Source: a virus (Duplodnaviria > Caudoviricetes). From it: a DNA stretch of 64,000 nucleotides. A program made the position numbers and the translations under genes. The notes under the pieces are model-generated. The model was not told the DNA's origin. It saw only the letters and a program-made list of their open reading frames with translations, and searched no databases. Shown piece after piece: positions 38,701 to 46,438 of the stretch (positions are counted from its first letter, which is position 1; each line of letters starts with the position of its first letter). The DNA lies in IMG/VR virus record IMGVR_UViG_3300036660_000031, positions 1 to 64,000 of that record, one strand, 5' to 3'.

Positions 38701-40785
38701 TTGCAAACGTTTGTCGTAGTCAATAGCAGCACGCATCACAGTCTTAGCTGTATTCAATGCACCTAGTTGTTGTTTGGTCAGTTTAATGTCACCGTCTTGT
38801 GCCATCTTCAGAACAACAGCAGCGACTTCTGGATTAACCTTTGTAGCATCCATCTGTGCAGCAGCAACCACGATTTGAGCAGACTCACGAGTCTGTTTAA
38901 GATCGTTCAGGAAAACTTTGGCATCATCAGTAGCAAGAAACTGTGAAGCAACTTCCATTGCTTTTTGTACTTCAAAAGACTCACCAATAGCATTCTCAAT
39001 ACCTGACAGTTCTTCCATGTGCATACGCACAGCTTCAGGCAGTGATTCCTTATCAATGTTCCCCATAGTGGAACTGGCTTCTGCCAGTGGAGCCAACAAA
39101 GCAAGGAGGGCAACACCCTTACCAAAACTCTGTTGCAAGTCCTTCTCACCACGAATGTTCTTAACCAGTGCAGATACTGCTTCAGTACGAGTAGCAGCAC
39201 CTTGGATAATGTCTTTTGCACCACTTAGCAATGGGCTATCGAGTTCACCTTCAGCAATCTTCAGTGAGTTCATAAAGCCAGAGTAGGCATCCATTGCAGC
39301 AGCTTTAGGTGCAGCAGTCTCAGGAGTATCTTGTGGCGTAGGAGCCAATGCTTGTACAACTTCAGCTTGTACTTGTGGTTCAACTTGAGCCAAAGCAATA
39401 GTCTTCTCAACCACACGATTGATAGAAGCAGGACCAGCAGCAGCATTTTTCTCTACAACTGCATCACCTTTCAAAGCCAGATACTCAGTAGCACCCACCA
39501 AGGCAGAGCCAGCACCACTCACAGCAGCTTGAATTGTCCGACCAGTAGCAGAAGGTGTTTGCAATGCTCCAGCAGTTCCTAAGCCATATAGGGCACCAGT
39601 ACCAATTTGTTCGCCAACACCTTGAGACAGAGTTTTGTCTGTATCAGCAAACATTTGAATGGCTTTGTTCTGGGCTAGTTGTCCAGTACCACCTTGAATA
39701 CCTTCTTCCAGTGTCTCTCTACCAAGGTTTCCAGCAACAGCTTTAACTGATGCAGCTTTTAATGGATTAGCAGCAAAACCATCCACTAATTTACCAGCAG
39801 CGATAGCAGCAGGCAAAGTAACGACAGCAGAAGTTAGACCTGCACGATTAGCCAGTGTTGACTTAGCTTCCTCTTTAGTCATTCCTTCAGCAATCATTCC
39901 AGCGTAATCAGGTGAACCCTTCATTAGCTTTTCATGATCCATGCCCATGATCTCATTGGCAGTACCTTGATAAGCACCACCAGATTCAAGAGCACCAATT
40001 GCCAATGGAACACCGTACTTAGCAGTAGCCCCACCTGCTTTTTGAAGCAAGCCAGCTACAGGTGAAATAGACAATAAAGAACCAACACCTTGAGCAATAC
40101 CATCACCCAAGGTTGTTGGATCAGTACCAGCATTCTTGACGCTAGACATAACGTCACGGCCAATACGAGACAGTGACGAACTAAGGTCAGTCTTACCTGA
40201 AGCCAAGTCTTGTTCAAATTGGAGAGTGCTATCACGCTCATCCATTTGGTTCTCAGCAGCCAGCAATCTACGTTTGGCTTGCAGAGCAGGGGATTGTGTG
40301 GACTGACCAAACTTGGTCATTTTGTCCAAACCTTCAGCAGCCCACAGACCAGCATCTTTATTCAGTATGCCTAAACCTAGAGCACCAATGCCACCCAATG
40401 AATTAGCAATGCCCATACCGACACCAGACACAGTATCAGCAGCAGTTTGTTCTAGGGTACGTTGAGCAAGCTTGTCGTTTAAGACTTGCTGATCAGCAGC
40501 AGACTTAGCAAGGATTGCATTGTTTGCAGCATCTTGCCCGTACTTCTGATCCATCTGAGTAGGGGTTAAATAGCGGGAATCATATTCTTGTTCTGGGGCA
40601 GACATGACCCCTGAATTACTAGAAGCTCCAACACTAGGAGCATAAAGAGTTTGTGGGGTGACACCACCCAATGATGCTTTTTTGGCTTCCGATGCTTGGG
40701 CAACTTGTGCTTGTTTTTGTTGACCAACTGTACCGACTATCCCAGTCGATGCTTTTTCTAACAGATCATTGAGAAGTGGGTTCAC
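29776..40785 (-). CDS. Virion-encapsidated RNA polymerase (N4 gp50-like, 3669 aa)
   Basis: T7-like RNAP motifs RVGRMQM, YVEADGVTNGP (A), RGVAKNPLTITVYGSG (B), KIFDG (C); giant size; no Cys seen, as in N4 vRNAP. Confidence 0.97.
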   Translation of the reverse strand: MNPLLNDLLEKASTGIVGTVGQQKQAQVAQASEAKKASLGGVTPQTLYAPSVGASSNSGVMSAPEQEYDSRYLTPTQMDQKYGQDAANNAILAKSAADQQVLNDKLAQRTLEQTAADTVSGVGMGIANSLGGIGALGLGILNKDAGLWAAEGLDKMTKFGQSTQSPALQAKRRLLAAENQMDERDSTLQFEQDLASGKTDLSSSLSRIGRDVMSSVKNAGTDPTTLGDGIAQGVGSLLSISPVAGLLQKAGGATAKYGVPLAIGALESGGAYQGTANEIMGMDHEKLMKGSPDYAGMIAEGMTKEEAKSTLANRAGLTSAVVTLPAAIAAGKLVDGFAANPLKAASVKAVAGNLGRETLEEGIQGGTGQLAQNKAIQMFADTDKTLSQGVGEQIGTGALYGLGTAGALQTPSATGRTIQAAVSGAGSALVGATEYLALKGDAVVEKNAAAGPASINRVVEKTIALAQVEPQVQAEVVQALAPTPQDTPETAAPKAAAMDAYSGFMNSLKIAEGELDSPLLSGAKDIIQGAATRTEAVSALVKNIRGEKDLQQSFGKGVALLALLAPLAEASSTMGNIDKESLPEAVRMHMEELSGIENAIGESFEVQKAMEVASQFLATDDAKVFLNDLKQTRESAQIVVAAAQMDATKVNPEVAAVVLKMAQDGDIKLTKQQLGALNTAKTVMRAAIDYDKRLQAAGDPRPKDIVAFQVKTEDDDGRNVDGKRSALQHANHITKLINNGDMAAAQGALKLFGMFAQGQANKVKAINEHFAAGPDAPRVAANVLSAAAGFKMVPSKKLIGVTPNQVGSLRFANTVTAEARFLAQVHNGLAEAYPALQLDSLPIPELDAILQGKAPEVAAEFANGKRGYGVKQTTPAPVVETPVSVSVPPKADPVAKTPKKVKAAAVEPTTEQKIAKVEKKIRSTKRKNPSSLWSAIKNSMNESDLLDTYGKEWKKRYSLLRGKPGSSLVDRVADGALDEFLPFSLRGTDEVAATEYIKEKLRNQNYLTNETEDLLKQLDQTLNQLENQFTEQELLNEITTTQAEIEGTIPEGTTVTTTKESDGSVAKSVGTQEARTGVKQKAPKELSIPVAIKKASDATLQNQLDKEMVTPGYAERLRFKQLDAEMNLRETTAGADIAVQEEAPKAVVTPTPVVAKITPASPVVVVPPPVVDTPPVVEPLVETPPSVEPEAPLAIKTVADAYPNLVTPTKDEGTSLAKAFNLRKVVSRFFGSGSPAQALKDAMQSRESFNTFMGTTEKRKLTPEITEYYRNRVPVMTRKLVQMMNANLNKQLDVVPKNKGLTLRQLLDKGTDVSDFLRGKVLSIADSDGKGGYAYNQELVESAVLAGIDWFQNATNSGPIREEKDIAKILNIAEDEVSPEMLAEFNGGDLLLLVDVVPRIAANITEFWGLKGNNDYTQSATIGIPQAVATEVLMSMMEAKLVDHKLLNVGTNKDLHTFKLDHAVLGNDAYEGYPTLLSEIANSEVPESMYFGDAIPPVAKSQMNNADVALTAEQTKAIEAEQKTPFFLNELMLKLYEQLKPDGLIEIFGAGKIDEKKRALFNKTHLESVEGKNLSITAAFDSLLARTKEIDNVADTIGKNRTQVPVRFAYGISRVGRMQMLGRQNPQASKLVREALMPNQSKIDMTNQEDYNNYMLSVAQMLGVKVHTIPLEDSIAKVKTLFAGNLKDALLLMQKYDATGSVDSDAVSVIKAAMPAAGSTFMGLHAIVDYARLQNMIEDGGMPSEYDTAVYVEADGVTNGPINAMVNLASGRFTPNWLRNVAKGGLFLTPDQTMNEHRKTDGVDLYMASTLKFAERRIEMQQRLESDNANRLISPLMRLMNVFVKDVSINEKTGEIELQRGVAKNPLTITVYGSGARGIANKVTAELLDSIYAKMSEAMQKQAANPGMKFHDAMFGSMASANKSAESMYSDFLDSMSMLTDTFVKFSKKKEKYVIIPTSTSSTGPDGNTVYTKVPPMNWGTPATFKVGGLHLKSLQENMLKMFVEPLRKGIEETVGTEVMDSSQMIQVATNLQSIAMTARFEAAVYQAVQKHARPKTQFLSRNEQQAIMADLIKQFPTVKTKAQEFLIASTSQTMVNVSAFSQALAGDYAMDASVFAPDHAGVAGSPFLNIGMGDGLMMQLMSTMPNAIAGTLKIFDGVNMPVDKIKEGSLQANTAVSQTWQGNPMRAVADSFRASLPNMKQVMADTMGNEREVEAMQRTFTSLGLSDISFSDGLDYVSGVIENMANEIDARHATLKRVRHSVDQMASAEAPYQNEGEDLSMMPEDEQIARLNEIYKEEFRRISKISFARDSNSEELKPLEKKMIPRIMMTFEGVLTLVRKMPADLQETAKQALRSPAMRDYRVIVGTREDIQTETGGLLGSADGLTLPESKLIFLTSGSPEVLVHELVHAATFEKVQSAIAGTNKDKVTVAAVERLKALRDQFYTMQHNGALERTPEQNLAVTQAINSMKAAKSEFGDAAELNELMAWATTNEALIEVGKATKANPSALVKFTRAVVNTIRNIFFGSSPDKLPRDFFNQVRFNTALISTRRQPNPVNAGKALILRHSTAYGNDARLNQIETAYLEMMEPLFNGLVNQVKKNTAVNHATVLTNTVSASFPMSQQQKSTFQVVVGALSTEAALNPASIAKAQELYNHVTKQLEVENFMVNPQLNDPADRFYAQEKYDLIMGKTLLVKDSAGRSSLMPVFFALATVDDSFRTILSTMTMPEVAKNTGTTLDDYLRNYGNNAMEALSNRLSGTKDTDSVREAIDGLQENILDTVDKKATVLTMMGDKMGGWVDTANGKVVDRLGDLALAGANLGNKLKTSNNKYVVVAGEVVKAVSGTLTNTTAEASAEGALSAMSSREGLQPLRDFANDLIGRVGSNADIYDMIKKVRSTVAAVRQEFRENVPLRIEKEFKTTLTNEQWTDLNKVMGKTDLVSLNIPFVEIKELIRNKAKMAQAIKAKEDAIKVLTGVHAPRYLAKSKQLADYMKTGNPGSNLLRNAEAISRMFNERVAKITITPVLTSDIDQLVSLYAVRDMEQAERNTFNELSDDAGLDFTFSYLKQQRKDETDKALANSGSLFNHYKGYIPSVQSSGMSLIVADDTQHARLTAMSYVMVGSYDGAGGEKYPLKKSYYFSNTPTRAPFSQGIVQNVNITAGGVTAMHGYTQGLTAGMINEPAVVAEITKRIALGAEKRTNEQLMPVFGPTGDVIAYERSIDPTQLERLQKNDKLHQMLGVWRGRQVEEAMASSVNDKLVDNMVAMYKKDLQAGRASEYVNIYDAKDPVLKDALKIMPASVKDYMANAVGSDDEFMVRRDMLFDAFGYRAASVGDAWTGNTRFSDETQEIFKRVALGVMGNKAFSHLTNGEKILSNFMSDARTTIVVKSVIVPVMNLVSNMVQLKSRGVPLLDILKKSNSKTIEINSYVKNRLRQVDAEAELRAAVGTNAVLKLEAEIQSLKDAQRRLTIWPLIEAGEFTAISDVGVMHDDVDLSQGRWQEYIEKQVSKLPESIRNAGRYAYITKDTALFQGLQKAVQYGDFLAKAIMYDELVLRKGKPPAEAMAMITEEFINYDRLPGRFRGYLEQIGLLWFYNFKLRSTKVAASMLRNNPVHAFVSGLMPVPAMFGPIGSPIEDNFLTKAVSGTLGYSMGPGMGLRAPALNPWWAMTH

Positions 40786-40856
40786 AGTACGCCTTATTAA
40801 ATCAAAGCTAAGTATAACTAATGGGAACCCTCACAGGAGAATTCCCATCAGTAACT

Positions 40857-43151
40857 TTAAGGGTTCATATCAAGGAATGCTTTCTCAGCTTCTGCCAAAG
40901 ATTTGAAAGATTGCTTGCCAATACGTTGGAATGCAGGATTAGGGATAACCCTATAAAACGGCACATTCGGATCACGTATTGTAGGCGGCAATTCGAGTTG
41001 CCATGTCTTACCACCATCAGTAGTTCTAACTGGAGCAACACTCTTGTCAGCCTTTTTCAACAGGCTTGCAGCTTTAGCTTCCGTAGAAGCACCCGTAACA
41101 GCAGGACGTTCTGGCACAGGGTCAGTACGCATACCGGGTTGAGCTATGTTAGCAGTAGCCTGACTAACTGATTGCTCAGTTATACGAGAATCAGCCTGAT
41201 CAATAAGTGCCTGTTTGTACATTTCTTCAGCACCGGGAGTACCTTTTCTAACAGCACCTGCGGCAGCAGCTACCAGTGCATCAGCCTGCTTGGTAGCAGA
41301 TTGAGCATCATTAATTGCTTGCTCATTCTGTGCATAAATAGAACTGGTACGTTCAGCATTGAGCAGTTTACCGTTCTTCTTGTAGTCCTGAACCAAGGTT
41401 TTAAGACGACTTTCGTTAATGCTTTTTTGCCATCCCATCGGACCTTCACCAAAGATATTCAGTTTACGGTCAGTGTTGGTTCCAGCTTCTTTTAATACCT
41501 CAGCAGCAACAGCACCATTAACACCCAACTGTTCTTTAACATAATTAAGTTGTGTCTCAATTTCAGCAGGTTGAGTCTTGCTGAATGGGCCATCTTTACC
41601 AGTCAAGTTGTTGGTAATGGTAGCTGTAGAAGTGTCAGTACCATATGAAGACTTGGCAATCTTCACCAGATTCATAACTTCAGAAGCACCACTACTTGCC
41701 TTAGCCAGAGTGTTAGCAGTAGAACCAGAAGAAGCAGACAGAGCGAGTTCTGCACTGCTAGGCATACCAGCATTGAACTTACCAATATGACGTTCAGACC
41801 AGCTTTGAACAGTGTCACCATCCTTGAAGCCATTCTTCTTCATGGCATCCAAAGTCTCAGCACTTGGCTTACCACCTTTCAAAGCAGTCAAGATACCGGG
41901 TCCAACATTGTGAACCAAGTAAAGATTCTGGGGTGTGACAGGAAGTCCAGCTTCTTTAATGTAGCCAGAATTCTCTTTAGCTAAGAGAGCACTAGCCATG
42001 ATATTCACATCAGCATTCTTACGAGGATCATTGTCTTTCTGGAAATTAGAAGCATCGACTGGCAACATACCAAGGGATTTACCTTCAGCACTGTTAGCCA
42101 AGTTGTTCCAAGTCTTCTGTGTAAATTGACCGGGACCAGTTGCACCTGTAGGAGAAATAGCACCTTTTAGGCCACCCTCCATATTCAACATCCCTGTCAT
42201 GTACTCAGAAGGAATGCCATACTTTTCAGCAGCAGCAGAAGCTACCTTAGAAATCGCAGGTGTCATACCTTTAGAGGAAGATACAGAACCACCACCTCCA
42301 CCAGCAAGTAAAGTTTCAGCAGGCGTGTTGATTGAAGGGAACAGTCCTTTCAATGCTGTAGTCAGATTAGCAATGTAGCCAATAGGCTTCTTGTTAGTAA
42401 CTGCTTCACCTAAGATAGCGTTAGCCTGTGCTTCAGTAGCAAGACCACCACTTGATTGCAGACGAGCCAAATCACCCATGAGTGTCTGGTTGTTCTGATA
42501 CTGATCTTCAGTACGATTACGATCACGCTCAAGCAATCCACGATCTTGAATTGCTTCATTGTTAAGGCGATTCTCTTTGCCCCAACCAAAGGACTTCAGA
42601 CGATCAAAGAGTGCATTGTCTTGGTTCAAGTTCACTTCATCTTGACGATTCTTGACACCTTGTCCAGTATTCACTAGAAGTTGACCGGCATTACTGCCAG
42701 TCAATGCAGCAACTCTTAGAGGGTCCATTGCTTCATTCTGGGCTATCTCTCTAGTCTTTGCAGCAACTAACAAAGGGTCCATTAATGCAGCTTGATTGTT
42801 TTCAGCAGTCTTACCAGCAATAAGTAGCGGGTTAAGCTGACTACGGTAGTCCATGTTCTGTTGATTAGAAGCATTCTCAATCAAGTTACTAGAACGAGAC
42901 ATGACCTTGGCTAGTGCTTCAGCAGAAGCATTACCCACAGGCATAGCACCAGAAGCTATATCAGTTTGAAGCTGTCCAGCATCTGAGTAACCAGCTAATT
43001 TAGCTAACACGCCTTGATCAGCAAACTGACCAACAGCACCAGAAGCACCGTTGGCAGCATTAGAAAAAAGTCGTGCAGCCGAATTAATGCTGTCTTGGAC
43101 ACCAGCAAAATTAGGGCCAACAACTTGTTGCCACGTTAGGGGTTTATTCAT
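40857..43151 (-). CDS. Ejection protein (N4 gp51-like) with lytic transglycosylase-like domain
   Basis: Adjacent to vRNAP; AAEKYGIP...LNMEGG...SPTGATGPGQFT..TW...DPR.N SLT-like segment. Confidence 0.8.
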   Translation of the reverse strand: MNKPLTWQQVVGPNFAGVQDSINSAARLFSNAANGASGAVGQFADQGVLAKLAGYSDAGQLQTDIASGAMPVGNASAEALAKVMSRSSNLIENASNQQNMDYRSQLNPLLIAGKTAENNQAALMDPLLVAAKTREIAQNEAMDPLRVAALTGSNAGQLLVNTGQGVKNRQDEVNLNQDNALFDRLKSFGWGKENRLNNEAIQDRGLLERDRNRTEDQYQNNQTLMGDLARLQSSGGLATEAQANAILGEAVTNKKPIGYIANLTTALKGLFPSINTPAETLLAGGGGGSVSSSKGMTPAISKVASAAAEKYGIPSEYMTGMLNMEGGLKGAISPTGATGPGQFTQKTWNNLANSAEGKSLGMLPVDASNFQKDNDPRKNADVNIMASALLAKENSGYIKEAGLPVTPQNLYLVHNVGPGILTALKGGKPSAETLDAMKKNGFKDGDTVQSWSERHIGKFNAGMPSSAELALSASSGSTANTLAKASSGASEVMNLVKIAKSSYGTDTSTATITNNLTGKDGPFSKTQPAEIETQLNYVKEQLGVNGAVAAEVLKEAGTNTDRKLNIFGEGPMGWQKSINESRLKTLVQDYKKNGKLLNAERTSSIYAQNEQAINDAQSATKQADALVAAAAGAVRKGTPGAEEMYKQALIDQADSRITEQSVSQATANIAQPGMRTDPVPERPAVTGASTEAKAASLLKKADKSVAPVRTTDGGKTWQLELPPTIRDPNVPFYRVIPNPAFQRIGKQSFKSLAEAEKAFLDMNP

Positions 43152-43163
43152 GATGTGCCTTTA

Positions 43164-43712
43164 TTAACGGGTAAGTTTTTTACGCTCGTATTCTGCTTGA
43201 GCTTTAGAAGGATCGTCACCATTGAACTGACCACGAGTACGAAGACGGTCATCAAGAGTACTGTTGTATGCTTTAAGACTGTTATTCAAGTTGGTGTTGG
43301 TCACATCTTTAGTAAGATTAAACTGATCACGGGCAAGGTTGACAGACTTAGCACCCATCCAAAGATTAGCCAAAGAACCAAGTCCCTGCATACCAAGCTG
43401 TAAAGTAGGCATATTCATGCCAAGACCAGAGTTAGCAAAAAAGCCACCTCCCGCACCTTGAGTACCAACACCCCATGTAGGAATGCCACCACCTTGTCCA
43501 TTCATACTCACATTGCCACTGGTTCCCATCATACCAATTGGGTTGAATTGTTGGCTCTGGGTAGAACCAAAGTTCTGACCAAAAGTATTCATTGCAGCGC
43601 CAGCAGCATCACCAGTTGCAGGAGGCGCACCAAAAGTAGGAAACTGCATTCCCTGAGAAGGGAACTGTGGTGCCTGTGGATTAAACGAGTAGTTAGCCAT
43701 ATTAGTTCTCAA
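43164..43712 (-). CDS. Small ejection/structural protein (N4 gp52-like)
   Basis: Gly-rich N-terminus, hydrophobic LGMQGLGSLANLWMG, then coiled coil; syntenic. Confidence 0.75.
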   Translation of the reverse strand: MRTNMANYSFNPQAPQFPSQGMQFPTFGAPPATGDAAGAAMNTFGQNFGSTQSQQFNPIGMMGTSGNVSMNGQGGGIPTWGVGTQGAGGGFFANSGLGMNMPTLQLGMQGLGSLANLWMGAKSVNLARDQFNLTKDVTNTNLNNSLKAYNSTLDDRLRTRGQFNGDDPSKAQAEYERKKLTR

Positions 43713-46429
43713 TCAAGATAAGGTAATTTAAGTTGTGGTCCAGGAAATTCTTCCACTAATTTAAGGGAGGTATCCGCAATTTCAGTACCTGTCATCATGG
43801 TTCTTGTGAAGAACTGATCGGGCCTTTCTGTTGCGTAGCGGGTAGCTTCAGCAATCATTGTTGGATCAACACCTGAGTCTTTTAGCAACTCTTGGGTCAT
43901 TGTATTGATCTTCTCCATCGCAAGTTTGCTTTCAGCAATCATGTCTATCGTCTGCTTATTCAAGTCTACAGCCACACCTTGTAGGTGATTGCTGTATTCC
44001 TGCAAACCACTCATAGAGAGTTTAATCAAATTATCAGCTTTTGTTAATTCTGCCCACTGAGCATTTATGTCAAAGGTTGCTCCGTTGACTGCCATGCTAA
44101 TGACAACCATCGAAACAATCGCACCAACAACATTACCAAAAGATGATCCAAAAAGTGAGCCAGCAGCTTTAGTGATTATCGCAGCGACCAGAGAAGCAAC
44201 CAAGGCATTAGCTATGGCCCCTGCAACAATTGCAGCAGTACCAGCAAAACCTAGTGACACACCTACTGCAATGTTGCTTCCAAGAACACCAGCAGTACCA
44301 GCACCGATACCACCAGTGGCAACAGAAATAGCAATGATTGCTACGATTAAAAGAATCTTGAAAGCACCTGTGGCATACCAAGGGGTAGTGGTAGTTTGCA
44401 CCTCATAGTAATTTAGAACCAAGAAAGCACACTCAAGACTGAGTTGGGTACGGCGAATGAGGTTAGTTTCTCTAAACACTGCTTCATGCAGTGGAACAAT
44501 AAAGCCAGAGTTTTCATCTTTTTTGTCGATGGCTTCAAATGCCAAAGTCTGCACCACCTTACCACCATACACATTGTTTGTATGTACTAGATCGAAGTAT
44601 TCATATTCTTCCCAAAGTGTGTCTGAGATTTGACAACCAAATGCAACCAGCATAGTAGTGCTAGTAACATACTGGGTTGACGCTGGAGCATCAGCAGTAG
44701 CTGGAGTATATGTAGGCACATCAATGCTGACACTGCCTTTGTTAACTGCCCAAGCATTACCTACCTTGCCACCAGCACGAGGATTCATACCAGAACCAAC
44801 AATACGATTGCCACCTTTACCAGCAACGGAAACACTGTATTGCCAATTCTCTATGCCATTAAGAGCAGTAACCTCAAAGGAGTATTGCTGTGGTGTAGGT
44901 GGAATAGGGCGTGTATCTGCAAGAGATGCATTGAGTAAAGCTTCAGATTGATTTGATGCTTGGTAGTTGGCTACGAATTGCAACCACGCTGTTTGAAAGT
45001 CATCAGAGTCACGCAAGAAACGTGTATCAGATGGGGTTGAATCAGCCAAGTTTTTAAAAAACTCATACAGGTAAGTTAATCCATCTTGTTGTTGAGTTCC
45101 CAGAGCCACACCAAATACTATCCAAGCATGGTCAATCTTACTGACATCTGGATTATTTTCTAATGATTTAAGAATGTCATCGTACTTGTCGCCACTTCCA
45201 AAAGCTTTACGTACAGCTTTTTTATTCCAACTATATTGCTCAGGAAAGTTAGTAGCATTAATAGGTGCATTGGTTCTACGAATTGGGATCACAGGAAAGA
45301 ACTTCTGGATTGTGCCAACCATATTAAACAGCACACTGTTTCCATAAGGACTCGTACCTTGCTTGTAAACTACAAGTTGAACAGGTTCCCATTTCTCATC
45401 ACGAGTAGTTTGGGTAAGTACATGGTGTTGCCATGTGATGATAACCACAGGCATTGTCGTAGTGGTGATAGTAGTTTTAGTGACACCACCCACAGTAGAA
45501 TTAGTCGAAGTCTTGGTAGTAGTGGAACCAAGAATATATTGACTGTATATATAAGCGGTAGTTGTTGTAGTGGTAGCCACAATATCAGGTGTTGCCTGAA
45601 CACTATCAACTCTAGTAAAGACACCTTCTTCTCTGGCGTATATAGGATTCTCAACAGTAGTTACTGTGTTATTAGTGGAAGGTGTATTGTCAGAGTAAGT
45701 GATTAAAGTTCTAACTGTTTTAGTTCCAGACACAGGAGTGGGAACTAATATGTAGCTACCCACAAAACCAGTAGTGTTTGGCTTATTAGCTGTATACATC
45801 CAACCAGTGTCATAAAAGACTGATCCGACTTGGGTACGCTCTTCATAGTACAGATAAGCATACAAGCTTGGTGTATTAACATCAAAAGGTGGTACATAAA
45901 CAACTTGAGTACCATCAGCAAAGTTAATGAGTAATGCCCCCGTAACTATAGTAATTGGGTATCCTTGTGCGTTGATAGTATCGTATGTCTCTTGTTTGAC
46001 TTCAAAGTTCTGACCCCGATAATTGGGGTAGTATTTGTAGATATATACCAAAGCAATAGATTGCAGATCAACAGTACCAACTGAATAACTAACAATACGC
46101 TTTTGTCTATTAGGTACAGGTGGAACCAAGAAGTCAAAGCCTTCTTCACCTAATACATATGAAGTGACTGCAATACCTTGATAGTTACCCACTCGGTTAT
46201 TAAATCCAGATCGTTCTGCCCACTTAGCAAAACGCATGTAAGCAGTGGCAGGGCCACTAATATGTGATTTAACAATACCAACACCCAAACCATTGGCAGA
46301 CTTACCAGACACCACAAGACTAAGTATGGTGTTCTTCATGTAGTTACCTCGGCTAGCTACATCCCCTGCCAAGTTATAGGCAGAGGAGCCAGCCGATATA
46401 GTTGTAGTTGTCTTACTTTTGAATCCCAC
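43709..46429 (-). CDS. Tail structural protein (N4 gp53-like)
   Basis: 906 aa, FFPVIPIR and C-terminal hydrophobic block typical of this position. Confidence 0.75.
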   Translation of the reverse strand: MGFKSKTTTTISAGSSAYNLAGDVASRGNYMKNTILSLVVSGKSANGLGVGIVKSHISGPATAYMRFAKWAERSGFNNRVGNYQGIAVTSYVLGEEGFDFLVPPVPNRQKRIVSYSVGTVDLQSIALVYIYKYYPNYRGQNFEVKQETYDTINAQGYPITIVTGALLINFADGTQVVYVPPFDVNTPSLYAYLYYEERTQVGSVFYDTGWMYTANKPNTTGFVGSYILVPTPVSGTKTVRTLITYSDNTPSTNNTVTTVENPIYAREEGVFTRVDSVQATPDIVATTTTTTAYIYSQYILGSTTTKTSTNSTVGGVTKTTITTTTMPVVIITWQHHVLTQTTRDEKWEPVQLVVYKQGTSPYGNSVLFNMVGTIQKFFPVIPIRRTNAPINATNFPEQYSWNKKAVRKAFGSGDKYDDILKSLENNPDVSKIDHAWIVFGVALGTQQQDGLTYLYEFFKNLADSTPSDTRFLRDSDDFQTAWLQFVANYQASNQSEALLNASLADTRPIPPTPQQYSFEVTALNGIENWQYSVSVAGKGGNRIVGSGMNPRAGGKVGNAWAVNKGSVSIDVPTYTPATADAPASTQYVTSTTMLVAFGCQISDTLWEEYEYFDLVHTNNVYGGKVVQTLAFEAIDKKDENSGFIVPLHEAVFRETNLIRRTQLSLECAFLVLNYYEVQTTTTPWYATGAFKILLIVAIIAISVATGGIGAGTAGVLGSNIAVGVSLGFAGTAAIVAGAIANALVASLVAAIITKAAGSLFGSSFGNVVGAIVSMVVISMAVNGATFDINAQWAELTKADNLIKLSMSGLQEYSNHLQGVAVDLNKQTIDMIAESKLAMEKINTMTQELLKDSGVDPTMIAEATRYATERPDQFFTRTMMTGTEIADTSLKLVEEFPGPQLKLPYLD

Positions 46430-46438
46430 AAGACTTCC

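Noticed and set aside
29947-39746. Many 60-200 aa plus-strand ORFs within the vRNAP
   Set aside because: Antisense shadows without SD sites or recognisable motifs.
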